In this document: piece after piece, positions 48,701 through 61,600 of the stretch
Numbering within the stretch: the stretch's first letter is position 1
How the letters are laid out: the number at the start of each line of letters is the position of its first letter
Translations under genes and position numbers: made by a program
The notes under the pieces: generated by a model
Told to the model about the DNA's origin: nothing
Database searches by the model: none
Seen by the model: only the letters and a program-made list of their open reading frames with translations
From: Octopus sinensis
Taxonomy: Eukaryota
Direction of reading: 5' to 3'
Assembly: GCF_006345805.1 (NCBI RefSeq)
Contig: NC_043006.1
Location: 72,974,001 to 73,038,000, forward strand
DNA length: 64,000 nucleotides

Positions 48701-49378
48701 CTTACCACACAGCCACTCCTACGCCTATGTTTGTCAGATATATGCATATATCACCATCATTTAATGTCTACTTTCCATACTGGCATGGGTTAGACAGTTT
48801 GACTGAAGCTGGTTAGGTTGGGAGCTGCACCAGGCTCCATTATCAGCCTCGTCATGTTTTCTATGACTGGATGCCCTTCCTAATGCCAACGTTTATCTTA
48901 GACATTTGATAAATGCTAGCTATTGATATAATTGATTAAAATTCTTGGACACTGTCCAACAACTGAATGACATTGTCTGAATGTCCCTTTGTTTTACACC
49001 CGTTTTTCCATGTGAACCCTTAACTATTTTTTCAAGTCTTTCAAATCACAGACAATTTCTTGAGAGTGATCGACAACAGACTTTGCTATTTGTTACTCAG
49101 TACTTTTCCATATGAAGCCCAGAATGAAAACTCTCATACAAACACACATATGTGCATGCACACATGTACATATGCATACGATGGGCTTCATAGTTTCCAT
49201 TAACCAAATTTATTCACAAGGCATCGGTCAGTCTAGGGCGACAGTAGAAGACACTTGCCCAAGGTGCCATGCAGTAGGACTTAACTCGAAATAATGGGGT
49301 TGAGAAGTGAACTACTTAACTACACAGCCATGCCTGCACCTTTGTGTGTGTGTATGTGTATGCACACACACAAACATT

Positions 49379-49426
<48 letters not shown>

Positions 49427-49792
49427 CATCATCATCATCGTTTAACGTCTGTTTTCCATGCTGGCATGGGTTGGACAGTGGAAAGCCAGCGGCTGCACCA
49501 GGCTCCAACCTGATCTGGCAATGTTTCAAAAGCTATATATATATATATATATATATATATTAATAATAAATATTAGGGAATAAATCCAAACTTACAGGGA
49601 AAAATCAGATGAATGACTGCGACTCAAAAATTTGAAGATGTTAGCAGGCATGAAACGATCGTAGTGTGATATTAATTATATTTTTTTAATAATTTTGTTA
49701 TATATTTAAATAATATAAATTAAATAATATTATGTATTGGATTAAGTTTTTCATTGTTTGATTTGCCTAATAGTGGTTTTGTCTCTAATTTA

Positions 49793-49834
<42 letters not shown>

Positions 49835-50548
49835 ATAGCTTTTGTTTATGTTGTGCAAAAATTTATTTGCACAAATACAACTTTATGTTAGAAATGAATA
49901 GAGGCTTATTATATATGTTAATTTATGTGAAATGCAGGGATGACATAGTCAAACTGTAATCTTGCTCTACTGGTCTTTCAAACGACTGCACCTATTGGTA
50001 CTGACGTGTGTAGTCCAAAAAATCTGCAGTTCAGGCATGTAATGTCTGTCTCGCTGAAACTAACATATAAACATACACACCCACACATCTTTAATAATTT
50101 TAATGACAGTAATATCTAAGTTTCACAAGTAATTGGCATTCTCAGATTGACGAGGTCAACGACTCTTGAGACTCTTAACCCTTTACCATTCAAATTATTC
50201 TGTCAAATGTAATGCATATTTATTCGCATTATTTAGAATTAACCATTCATTATCTTCTGGCTTCAAGATTTCAATGAGGTGATTGTTTACTTTTAGAATG
50301 ACATTTTAGGTTATGTGTGAGAGGCAGGATATGGTCAGTTTGAGCATAAGACAGATAGAATACTCATGCTGAATATGGCTGGTTTAATTACTAAAGAGTT
50401 AAGTTACTGTCAATAAAAATAACAAAAATATTTGACTCCGCATTTGTAATTGAGTTCTTTTTTTTTGTTTGTTGTTCATGATTTTTATGCTTGTTTGTTC
50501 ATTTAGCATTTTTTCCAGGGACTGGACAGAGTTATTTGAGCTAAGAAT

Positions 50549-51105
50549 TTAGAACATCTGCTTCAGATAGAAGCAATATACGAACCAAAAAGTATTGCTT
50601 ATGGCCAATCTAATGTGGCTGTCCTCTAAGAGACGATGATACTGCCATTTAACCCCAGGAAGACATCTCCGGTAGGTTTAATCAGTGCACTTCTTGCACC
50701 CGACATTGCAAGTGGGAGATAACTCCTGTCACTCTGACTTCAAGACCATCAGACCATGTGGTTTCGATTTGTACTGGATCTCCTCAGTGATGGATACTTG
50801 TTCGCCAGGCATAACAGCAATTTAACCTTACTCGCGATATATAGAAAACAGTGTCATATCGTCACTAATTTTTTTTAACTAGGCAACTAGTATGTTAGAA
50901 AATCTGTTTACGATAGAAGCAGTATACAAACCAAAAAGTGTTGCTTATGGCCACTTTAATGTGGCTGTCCTCTAACAGATGATAATACTGCCATTTAACC
51001 CCTGCACACTGAATAAACCAGCTGGAGGAAATGCATTCCTGGGGTTAAATGACAGTATTGTTGCCTCTTAGAGGACAAACACCTTAAAGTGGACATAAGC
51101 AATAC
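50549..51105. repeat. Direct plus inverted repeat complex (fold-back element)
   Basis: ~100-bp unit at 50549-50658 and 50895-51003; inverted copy at 51038-51105. Confidence 0.8.
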
Positions 51106-51465
51106 CTGTTTATTTTATTATTTTTTTTGCTCCAGAGGTTTTTGAAATGGCCAAGTATATGGTTCTAATATCAACAAGGCATGTCAACATCACTGACTTG
51201 CTTAAGAGAGACAAGCATAGAATAACACTGAAGCACATATGCTCATGTACACACAAAGATGGGCTTCCTGCAATTTCTATCAAATCCCTACAAAAGAAGC
51301 CCTTCTATTATAGCCCAGGGTTTCAGTAGTAGACACTTACACAAGGTGTCATGCAGTAGGACCAAACCCAAAACCATGAGGTTGTGAAGAAATCTTATTA
51401 ACCACATTACCTCGTTTACAGTTACAAATAAATGAGAGAGAGAGAGAGAAAGAGGAGATACTGAC

Positions 51466-51556
51466 ATAGAGATTGTCCATGCTTTGACTTGCCATGGGAG
51501 CCCTCAAGAGGCCTTCTTTTTGGGCAGGAACATCATCTTCATCACTGCTGGTGTCT
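51466..51556 (-). CDS. Exon 3: (R)DTSSDEDDVPAQKEGLLRAPMASQSMDNLY
   Basis: Acceptor TGTATTTTAG, donor GTCAGT, 91 nt, phase 2 to 0, compatible with both neighbours. Confidence 0.8.
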
Positions 51557-52548
51557 CTAAAATACAAATATCAAAGAATGTTTCAACAAACACCAAACAG
51601 ATTAAGTCATGTTTATTTTATTTTCTCAAGATTGGGGGGAAGGAAAAAAAAAACAGTCACAAAAAGACCCCCCCCACACAAAACAAAATAAAAAAAACTG
51701 TTACCATGAAAGCATGTAATTTTATTTTTATTTTTCATTTTAAATAATTTTGTATATGGCAATAAAATAAATATTGGAGTTAATTTAATCAACCAACTCT
51801 CCAAATTTCTGACCTTGTGCCTATATTAGAAATTATTAATAATAATAATTATTATTATTACTATTAGTGAGCTCACAGAATTGTTAGCATGCCAGGCGAA
51901 ATGCTTAGCAGTATTTTGTCTGCTGCTATGTCTGTGCTAGGTTAACTTTGCCTTTCATCCTTTCGGGATTGATAAATTAAGTACCAGTTGAGTACTGGGG
52001 TCGATGTAATCGACTATCCCCGTCTCCCAAATTTTAGGCCTTGTATCTATAGCAGAAAAGATTATTATCATTATTTTATTGTCTTTGCACAGCTTCTAAC
52101 GCTGGAGCTGTACTAACTACTGTGTCATCTGTTCACTACCAGTGAACTAAGGTAACACCCCTTATTTTCCAAGCACCATCTGGAGTATTTGAGCAGTTCC
52201 AAACAGTGCTGTTTTCTGCAAGTGCTTCACCCTTATTGCAGCCCCTATATGTTTCCTGTCCTCCTTATTGCAGCCTCTATTTGTTCCATGTACTTTATTA
52301 TTATTATTATTACTACTATTAAGGCAGGAAGCTGGCAGAATCGTTAGCACGCTGGACAAAATGTTTAGTGGTATTTTACCCATCATCACATTCTGAGTTA
52401 AAATTCTGCTGAGGTTGACTTTGACTTTCATCTTTTCAGGGTCAATAAACACTGGGGTTGATGTAATCAACTAGTCCCCTCCCTACAAAATTTCAAACCT
52501 TATGCCTTTAGTAGAAAAGATTATTATTATTATTACATAGACCTACAG

Positions 52549-52780
52549 CAGTGGTTTTCAACTGGGGTCCGTATAAGATTTTGTTAAATGTGCAATAAAC
52601 TGGATATTATTTTTAAAATGAACAAAATATTTTAACAATTTTTTAAATACAGTTATTAACATTTAATTATTTAAAGTATATTTGGATTTTTCTAAATCAT
52701 TGAATATCTATGAGAGTCTACCTGAGTGAAATGGAAGCCATAGGCAAAAAAAAAAAACAAAAAAAAGTTGAGAACCACTG
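52549..52780. mobile_element. hAT (Charlie-like) MITE
   Basis: TIRs CAGTGGTTTTCAAC / GTTGAGAACCACTG; 8-bp flanks ACCTACAG / ATCTAGAG. Confidence 0.75.
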
Positions 52781-53219
52781 ATCTAGAGAATGAGCAGAGA
52801 CAATGAGATCAAGAGGACTCCTATGTCCTGCAGAAGACACAAATCTATCTACTGCTAGTACAATGATAACATGAACCCAGAACACCCGGTAATGTGGTCG
52901 AGGAAGGACATCAAAACAAAAACTGTCAAAAAACGAATATATGAGTAAGTATGATTTTGTAACCTATCTAGGAGGGCAGTAACTCTAATTAAGAACCAAC
53001 ACAGACTGTGATGACCTGTCCAACCTGTGCAAGCATGCAAAATGGGTATAAAATAATGTTGCTGTTGTTGTTATTTATCCGAGAGCAGCTTTGATAAGGC
53101 ATTTATGATCAATGGCATTCAAGCTGTGACTGTCATGTCCTTTTTCTCAGACAGTCTGCTCAGATCCAGATCATTCAAAGCAAAACAAAACAAAAGAATC
53201 TCTGCATATCACTAGACCT

Positions 53220-53400
53220 ACTACAAGTAGTAGCACACAATCTCCCTCAATTCACATCCAACAATCTTTTAAAGGAAAAGAGAAAGGACACATTGGAGAA
53301 TGCAGTTCTGGGTCTTTTACTCATATATAAACAGGCAGAGGGATCATGGTTGGAATGTTTTTAATAAGTATTCAATCAGGGTTTATTTGGGATGAAACAT
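53220..53400 (+). mobile_element. Dispersed repeat family E (SINE/LINE tail-like, (CAA)n end)
   Basis: GGATGGTCATAGCTGG..GACCTGGGGCTAAACAACAAC-type copies at ~46845, 53640, 57085, 59290 and, inverted, ~53050. Confidence 0.6.
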
Positions 53401-53799
53401 CATCTACAGCATCATTTTCCTTAAGCTGGCAGTGCAATTTGATGGAAATTTGGTAGCTATTTCTAGCAGGACAAGCGACTATCTAAAGGTCCTGCTACTG
53501 GCTTGCTAGCGACAGTGTAATAAATTTCAGTTACATGGCACAAACCGATAATGTAAAAGAATATTAATGAGAAGGTAAAGACACATTGTTAAGCAACTGT
53601 ATTTCGATTGGTCATTTGAACCAGTTATTCGACTGGTTGGAAAAAGCAACCAAAAATCCCTGATAGTTACATCCTATTGTTTTTTTTAAAAAAGGAAGGA
53701 AACATTGGATAATGTAGGCTTAGAAACATAATATCTAAAGTGAAGACATGATGGTCATTACTGGAATGCCTTTAATGAGAGGTTGGTACGACGAGGGTT

Positions 53800-55680
53800 T
53801 CATCATCATCATCATTTAGCGTCCGTTTTCCATGCTAGCATGGGTTGGACGGTTCAACTGGGGTCTGTGAAGCTGGAATGCTTCATCAGGCCCAGTCAGA
53901 TCTGGCAGTGTTTCTACGGCTGGATGCCCTTCCTAACGCCAACCACTCCGTGAGTGTAGTGGGTGCTTTTTACGTGCCACCCGCACAGGTGCCAGACAGA
54001 GCTGGCAAACAGCCACGAACGGATGGTGCTTTTATGTGTCACCGGCACGGGGGCCAGGCGAGGCTGGCAATGGTTTAAAGAACAATAAACAACAGTGCTT
54101 TAACAGCTATTCAAGAAAGGCTTAGAATGTGAAACTAAGTGAGATATGTAAAGCATTAAATGTAAAAACAGTAGTTTTTACATCTAAGAGCATATTTAGA
54201 CTTCATATGTACTCTTAACAATAAGAGTACAAAGAAGAAGTTTCCAAGACCATTTCTTGGTTTACAAAAAATTGCATGATTTTCTTGTTAGCTTTCTTTG
54301 TTTTGTGGAGTGGCTCTGATAGAATTCAAGAACAGATATTTACAGGTAACATACTGCTGAACATGTTGAGAAAAGTGCAATAACTATGAGACAAATGAAA
54401 TGTTATTTTAGCAGCAATAGCTACTGTAGACAAGAGAAATTAAAGCAAGGTGGCCCTCCTGGTATGCTTGCTTAAAGGGTGTGTATGTGGCAGTGAAGTA
54501 ATTTAATATCTTAATGGTTAGGCAGCATTCATGAAAGAGTAACTGGCTAGTGTCATCACTCTAGAACATTGAACTCTTGTAATTAATCGCAAGCATAGTC
54601 CTCGTTTTGCTTTGTTTTCAGACTGATGCACATCATTAAAAGATGTATATACACACACACGTATGTGTGTGTGTATTTATATATCTTCATTTAACATCTG
54701 CTTTCCATGCTGGCATGGGTTAGATGGGTTGACTGTAAGTGGTAAACCAGAGACCTGCACCAGATTCAAGTCTGATTAGGCTTGGTTTCTATGGTTGGAT
54801 GCCCTTCCTAATGCCAACCACTCCAAGAGTGTAATGGGTGTCTTTAACGTGTCACTGGTGCGACACTAGCAATGACCACGACTACAGTTTCACTTAGCTT
54901 GATGAACTGTATACTGAGGATACGAGATGTTTTGGTACAACAGTTTTGGTGCCATTTATTTGGCAGTGCTGATTCGATGCTGACTTTTTTGACATCAGAC
55001 GTTTTAATGTTTCCTTCTCTCTCTCTCTCTCTCTCCCTCCTTCTCTATCTTTATGTGTGTTTGACATGGGACGTTTTAATATTTCTCTTGCTCTTTCCCT
55101 TCCTCCTTCCATCGCTTTCTCTTGCTTTATGTGTGTGAGCATATTTCACTTTATGTGTATGAGGAGAAAGAAAGTGATTATATAAATTGTGTTCAATTAA
55201 TAAATTGCAGCATCTCTCTTTTTATTTTAATATTTTTGCACTCGTGTGTTTGCCTCCAGCTTCACAAAAATATTGTTGCCAAAACAGGCTGAATGTCCAA
55301 TCAGTTGTGCCAAATCAGCTGAGTGCAAACATCATCATCATCATCATCGTTTAATGTCTGTTTTCCATGCTAGCATGAGTTGGACGGTCTGACTGGGGTC
55401 TGGGAAGCCAGGAGGCTGCGCCAGGCTCCAGTCTGATCTGGCAGTGTTTCTACAGCTGGATGCCCTTCCTAACGCCCACCACTCCGTGAGTGTAGTGGGT
55501 GCTTTTTATGTGCCACCGGCACAGGGGCCAAAAGAGACTGGCAAACGACCATGATCGAATGGTGCTTTTTACGTGTCACCAACACGGAAGCCAGTCAGGC
55601 AGTGCTGGCATCAGCTATGTTCGGATGGTGCTTTTTATGTACCACCGGCACGGGTATCATAACTACAATTTCCATCACCT
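53800..55680 (-). mobile_element. Three family C RTE-tail copies (53800-54075, 54685-54900, 55330-55680)
   Basis: Each begins (CAT)n-TTTA(A/G)C(G/A)TC.G.TTTCCATGCT.GCATG. Confidence 0.85.
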
Positions 55681-55877
55681 CATTCCAGCATACGGATGTG
55701 AAAATATGCAACTTTGTTTGTAAGGTTTGTCAAAAGACGTAGAACCCTAATGATGTGGCTGTGTAGTAAGAAGTTTGCTTCCAAAGCACATGGCACCTTG
55801 GGTGTCTTCTACTATAACCCTAAGCCAACCAATTCCTTGTGAGTAGATTTGGTAGATGGAAACTGAAAGAAGCCCAT

Positions 55878-55919
<42 letters not shown>

Positions 55920-56480
55920 GGTATGTTTGTCCCCCACCTCCAATTAACTACTGGTGTTGGTTTGTTTACATCCCTGTAACTCAGTGATTCTGCAAAAAGA
56001 GACCAATAAGTACCAGACTATAAAGAAAAAGTACTGGGGTTGATTTGTTTGACCATAAACCCTTCAAGGTGGTGCACCAGCATGGCCACGATACAATGAC
56101 TAGTATCTGCACAGTTTGTGTCAACCAAAATTCCTCTCTTAAGCCACTGGACAAACCATGGGGCACTGTACAAGGTACTCATTGCTCAAGGTTCCACACA
56201 GCAGAATAGAACCTACAGCAATGAAGTTGCTTCACACCACAGCCATACAGGCACTGATATAAAAATATTTCTCTGTATAACAATGCTTTGAAGTTTTGTT
56301 GCATATAGAAAGATTGTATCAATATATTTGCAGAAAATTTAGAGAAGTCTAGCATATGCTAATAACTCAGTAAGGTCAAAGAATCACAGACATGCTGCAA
56401 GTTCCATGAACAAAGCATTTTCCCCTTAGAACAGTTGAATTGTGGAATAGACTCTCTCTCCATTATTTTTCTGCAGAATA

Positions 56481-56673
56481 AGGCAGCGAGCCGGGTGAAA
56501 TGGTTAGCAATATTTCGTCTCTCTTTATGTTCCAAGTTCAAATTCCGCCAAGGTTGACTTTGCCTTTCATCCTTTTGGTGTCGATAAATTAAGTACCAGT
56601 TGCGTACTGGGGTTGATCTAATCAACTGGTTCTCTCCCCACAAATTTCGAGCCTTGTGCCTAGAGTAGAAAAG
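56481..56673 (+). mobile_element. SINE-B with a perfect 19-bp target-site duplication
   Basis: ATTATTTTTCTGCAGAATA at 56462-56480 and 56674-56692. Confidence 0.92.
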
Positions 56674-56912
56674 ATTATTTTTCTGCAGAATATCACATTG
56701 GTCTCTTTAAATTCAAGCTTCACAAATACCTTTCCAAATGTTGGCAGTTTCCATCATTTTAATATTCTTTTATTACCATTTTATTTCCTTCTGTTAGCTC
56801 CTTTATTGTCATCACATTGACTATATTTTATCACTATCTCTTCTTTTATCATTTCAATGCATTTCATTAAATTTTTTTGTGAATTATTTCATTACCATCT
56901 TTTATTTGCTAC

Positions 56913-57000
56913 CTTGAATATGCATGGATATCTAGACTTTCTGTGGCATTACTGCTTCTCCTCTTTCTCCTAACTCGTTTTCTGAAAGCAGCTAATGGGC
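56913..57000 (-). CDS. Exon 2: (C)PLAAFRKRVRRKRRSSNATESLDIHAYS(R)
   Basis: Acceptor ...AATCAAACAAG, donor AAG|GTAGC, 88 nt, phase 1 to 2; basic NLS-like stretch. Confidence 0.75.
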
Positions 57001-58593
57001 CTTGTTTGATTAAAGAAATTAAATATTCTATCAAAATTACAGAGTACACTGCATGAACCAACATGGAGGCCTCTATGCTGTTGTTTGACCTGCTAGAATT
57101 AGTAGCCAAATCTCCCCTAAATTATGCCCCGCCACCTTTAAAAAAAAAAGAAAAAAAGGACAAATAGGTATCAATATGGATTAATAAAACAGGTGATGGT
57201 CATAACTGGAATGATCATGACCATATATGCTCAGTCAAGTTGACCTGGGGCTAAATAACAACAACATTACTAAGTACATTTCACTTTCTGGAAGTAGCAA
57301 GATAAAGGTGGGCGCTGTCAGGCTCTGTTGCCCTAAATATCCTACATGAAGTCAAAACTGTCAATGATATTATGATTGGTCAATGAGCTACAAGATCCAC
57401 CCCACCACTACAATGGCAAAAAGATTCCCTGTACATTGAAGATGGGGAAGGGAATGGCTTACGATGCACATATTGGTGAAATTGGTACAATGACAGGAAG
57501 AAATGTTAAGCAGTGGATTTTGAAATATGAAATGAAACACAGTATCTTTTTTTTTTTTTAAATATTTTATTAAGTTCCAAGTAAGAGGGATAGTGTATTT
57601 ATTCTCTCTGATGATGATGATGATGTGGTGATTAACTCCAGCTTAAACATCTGCAAATTTATGCCTGCTCTATGCATACTTCTTAATTAAATAACTGAAT
57701 GGTAATGTAAATCTAATTGTGAAACTAAGTTCAGATGATGTTATGAGATCTGTCTTGAAATAAGAATGAATACACACACGCTTTGAGAATAAATGATATC
57801 TGGATGAACAAATAGGATTGTCTGAGTGATTTTTGACGCTGACAATCAGTGGATGAACATAGTGAAAATGGTAACATGTTTTTACAGTCAAATGTGAAGA
57901 AATAAATGATTGATGTCATGATAGAATAAAGTGGTCAAGCAAACTTGTTTTATATATGAAGTTTATGAGTTTGGTTAAGTTTATATGGCATGCAGAGAGG
58001 ATGAATTTGATGTTTTAGGTCTGTCCTTTCGTCTGATAGAAAAAAAACCCAAACATTTTCTTTTTTTTTGTTTTCTTCAGTATATCTTATTTTCTCTTTT
58101 GGATGAAGAGACAACCCCCAAAACATCAATTTTGTCACCTAATCATGACTACAAATATCTAGACACTTAAAATTCACAGCATAATTTTTGCTAATGCAGA
58201 TCACTTTAAATGCCTAAGGATATTATTTCTGCCCTATACTTGTTGCTTAATAACAAAACAAAACAAAACCAGCATGATGATATTCCTAAAAATTTCTAGA
58301 TACAGCATGCAGCCTGGTTAAATACCCTCTCCAAGCCTACGTATACATTTAGTAGAGTTTGTTCTGTTGCAAGAATTTAGATCAAGCTCCCAGTAAATTT
58401 CTTTATTAACCATGAGGTTGAGAAAAAGAGGGGATGATACGAGGACAAACAAAACAAACATTGGGGTCAGGGTATCGAATGAGACGAAACGTATGAATAA
58501 ACAAACAATTAAAATATATACAATTAAATGAGAATGAGTGATTTACAAAAATGAAGTGGAGGACGCGGTCGACCCCACAAACCACATACTCAC

Positions 58594-58675
58594 ACTGAAG
58601 ACTTTGCTTCCTCTTTTTTATATTCTCGTTTAGACAGGTTCTTTCACTCGCAACATACTTGCTATAGACTTCCAT
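58594..58675 (-). CDS. First coding exon: MEVYSKYVASERTCLNENIKKRKQSLQ
   Basis: AAAGATGG start context, in-frame TAA just upstream, consensus donor GTGAGT, phase 1, CpG-retaining surroundings. Confidence 0.7.
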
Positions 58676-61600
58676 CTTTTACGAAACACACTTTGTGACA
58701 GGCATTTCTTCCTATTTTCCGTTTCATGTGGAAAACGAAAAAGTCGATTAGCTTGAGACTGGAGATGAACATGCCAGTTGCAATTCCTTTCACTCTCGTC
58801 TTCCATACTACCTCTTTCGCAACGGCAACTACCGAGAGAAAACAGTAAGAGGCTGAATGTAATCATAGAACACAGGCACACTCTACAGTTCCCTAGATAT
58901 AATGAGAGAGAGAGAGAGAGAAGAGAGATCTGTCACTTTCTAAGAATATCAGCTTTCTGGAACTTACTTCTTGCAGCTTTTTATTTGCAACTACTCAAGA
59001 GGAACTGCATTAATCCCAGGTTTTGGAGAGTTTGCAATGGATATAGACGTAACCCCTTCCTCCAAACCAGAGCACACAAAAAAGTACAACAACAACAAAA
59101 CAAGCCTTCCTCCAGGGAAGTAGCAAATTACTTTACAATTTCACCCATGTGTTTTTCTTTGATCTGTGGGATAAATATAATTCCATGCTAGTTTTGGTTG
59201 ATTATCTATCTGTCTTTAATGTCAGACACATTCTGCACTAGCTATTTTATGAACCAATGTGGGAATTTCTATATGGTTGCACAAACCTGTTAGAAATAGC
59301 AGTCAAGATTTTCTTTCAATCACATCCTATCGTTAAAAAAAAAACAAAAGGGTAAGACTTGTTGGACACTATAGTCCCTGATCTCTCACACATACACAAA
59401 TGACAGGATGGTCATAGCTGGGACACAATTGACTATAAGTCTGCTCGAGTGGAGCTGACCTGGGGCTAAACAACAACAACATGTGATTTAATCAAATGCT
59501 TCTAAGCTACTAATACAAATCTAATACACTAGTGAAGACTAAACTTGGTTGAGTATAACATAAATGGTAACTGCAAATTAATAGAGTAGTAGAAAATTAT
59601 ACATTTAGCACACACACCCACGTTCATTATTTACAATGAGTAATTTCTGACTGGAGGCCCCTCCCACTTATTATTTCTGGGACAGGCCCCTTGTACATTG
59701 TTGTTTTATGAGTCTAATTTAGTGACTCTATAAATTATTAGTTTCTCATAAACACATGGGAATACTGATAGCAGAATCAGTAGAAACTGTTACTTCATAT
59801 CCTGTCACTTGGACCATAGATACTTAACTTCCATGTGACTAAGTCCACCTGGCAGCAAATGGGTACAACAGAAACACCTTACTGCTCTAAGTAGGAGCAA
59901 CGGCAGCACTTCGTTTTGTTAACTTAAATGCACTGAACTCAACTCCTTCAAATGGATGTAGCTCAAAAGAAAAATGTACTCTGCCAAGTTCTTTTTCACT
60001 TTTTAATCACTTTGTCAAGGAGAAGACTGCAGGACTTACTCTTTTACTTGTTTCAGTCATTTGACTACAGCCATGCTGGAGCAGTCTTTTTTTTAATCGA
60101 GCAACTCGACCCCGGGACTTATTCTTTGTAAGCCCAGTACTTATTCTATCGGTCTCTTTTGCTGAACCGCTAAGTCACAGGGACATAAATACACCAGCAT
60201 CGGTTGTCAAGCAATGCTAGGGTGACAAACACAGACACACAAACATACACGCACGCACATATATATCATCATCATCGTTTAACGTCCGTTCTCCATGCTA
60301 GCATGATATATATATATATATATACATATATACGACGGGCTTCTTTCAGTTTCCGTCTACCAAATCCACTCACAAGGCTTTGGTCGGCCAGAGGCTATAG
60401 TAGAAGACACTTGCCCAAGGTACCAAGCAGTGGGACTGAAGCTGGAACCATGTGGTTGGTAAACAAGCTACTTATCACACAGCCACTCGTGGCTATTTCT
60501 TTCACACAGCCCCTGGGACTGATGGCAGGAAGTTAACTGGATATATGGCCCAAATGCTTGCAACAGAGCAAATTCCACTGAAGGTACACAAGGACTAGGT
60601 GGTGGTGTTAAACTGAGAAACATATCAAGTTTATCATTCAATAATAGAAACCAATCCTTTATAGGAAAGTTCTGATCAATCAAAGTTCACTTATAAGTCT
60701 TTAGTCACCTGGGTATTATGAGCAAACTCCACTCAAAGCATCCAAGTATTAACGAAGTGGTAGTATTAGACTAAGTAATGTGTTAAATCTTCTACTCAAG
60801 AATGAAAACTATTCTATTGTATAAGCTTCCAGACACTTCTCATCTCTCAAATTTTCACTACATGTTATTAGTCAAACTCAGTACAGGCACCATTAAAGGT
60901 ACTCTCAGCCAAGGTAGTGGGCCTATGGATAATTACCAAAAGTCCCTGGCCTGGTAATGTTACAGAGGAGCTTTACTGGTTTGAGATAAGCTCTTTAGAC
61001 ATAGGTGTGCGCCTTCACCGGTTCGTGCAAAGCATTTACTTGCTTCAGTTATTGGATTGCAACCATGCTGGAGCATTGCATTGAAGGGTTTCATTGAATA
61101 TATTAACCCCCAATACTTACTTTTTTTAAAACTGATAACTTATTCTATCAGCCCCTTTTGCTGAACTGCTAAGTTACAGGGATGTAAACAAACTAACACA
61201 GGTTGTCAAATGGTAGTAGTGGTGGGCTAAACATAAATGGACATGGACACACACACAACAGGCTTTCACACTATTTTTGTCCCAAACTTTACAAAACACT
61301 GGTTGTCTCAGGGCTGTAATAGAAGACACTTGCCCAATATGCTATGCAGTGAGATTGAACCCCAAACCACATGGTTGGTTGCAAAGTGAGCATGTTACCC
61401 ACATAGTCATGTCTGTGCTGCCTATCATGGTAGTACTAAGTGACTGAGGAAATACAGTGTTTTTAATTTAGGCACAAGGCCAACAATTTTGATAGTCAGC
61501 TGTATGAAAGACAGAGCTGATCTTGGGATTTGATCTCAAAACTTGTTGGCACAAATACTGCCAAGCATTTTCCCCAATGTTTTAACAATTCTGCCATTCT

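Noticed and set aside
49630-49670. Further hammerhead-like motif (TGAAGATG..CATGAAACGATCGTA)
   Set aside because: It has a palindromic ACGATCGT and GAAA, but the core C and the stem I partner are missing; too degraded to call.
50660-50830. piggyBac transposase fragment (PGEQVSITEE...KPHG)
   Set aside because: Similarity to the catalytic region is too weak to assert by eye.
41338-58675. Gene name assignment (BCAR3, TAGAP/ARHGAP20, GRAMD4 and MAST considered)
   Set aside because: Only 4-6 residue coincidences; no diagnostic domain lies in the window.
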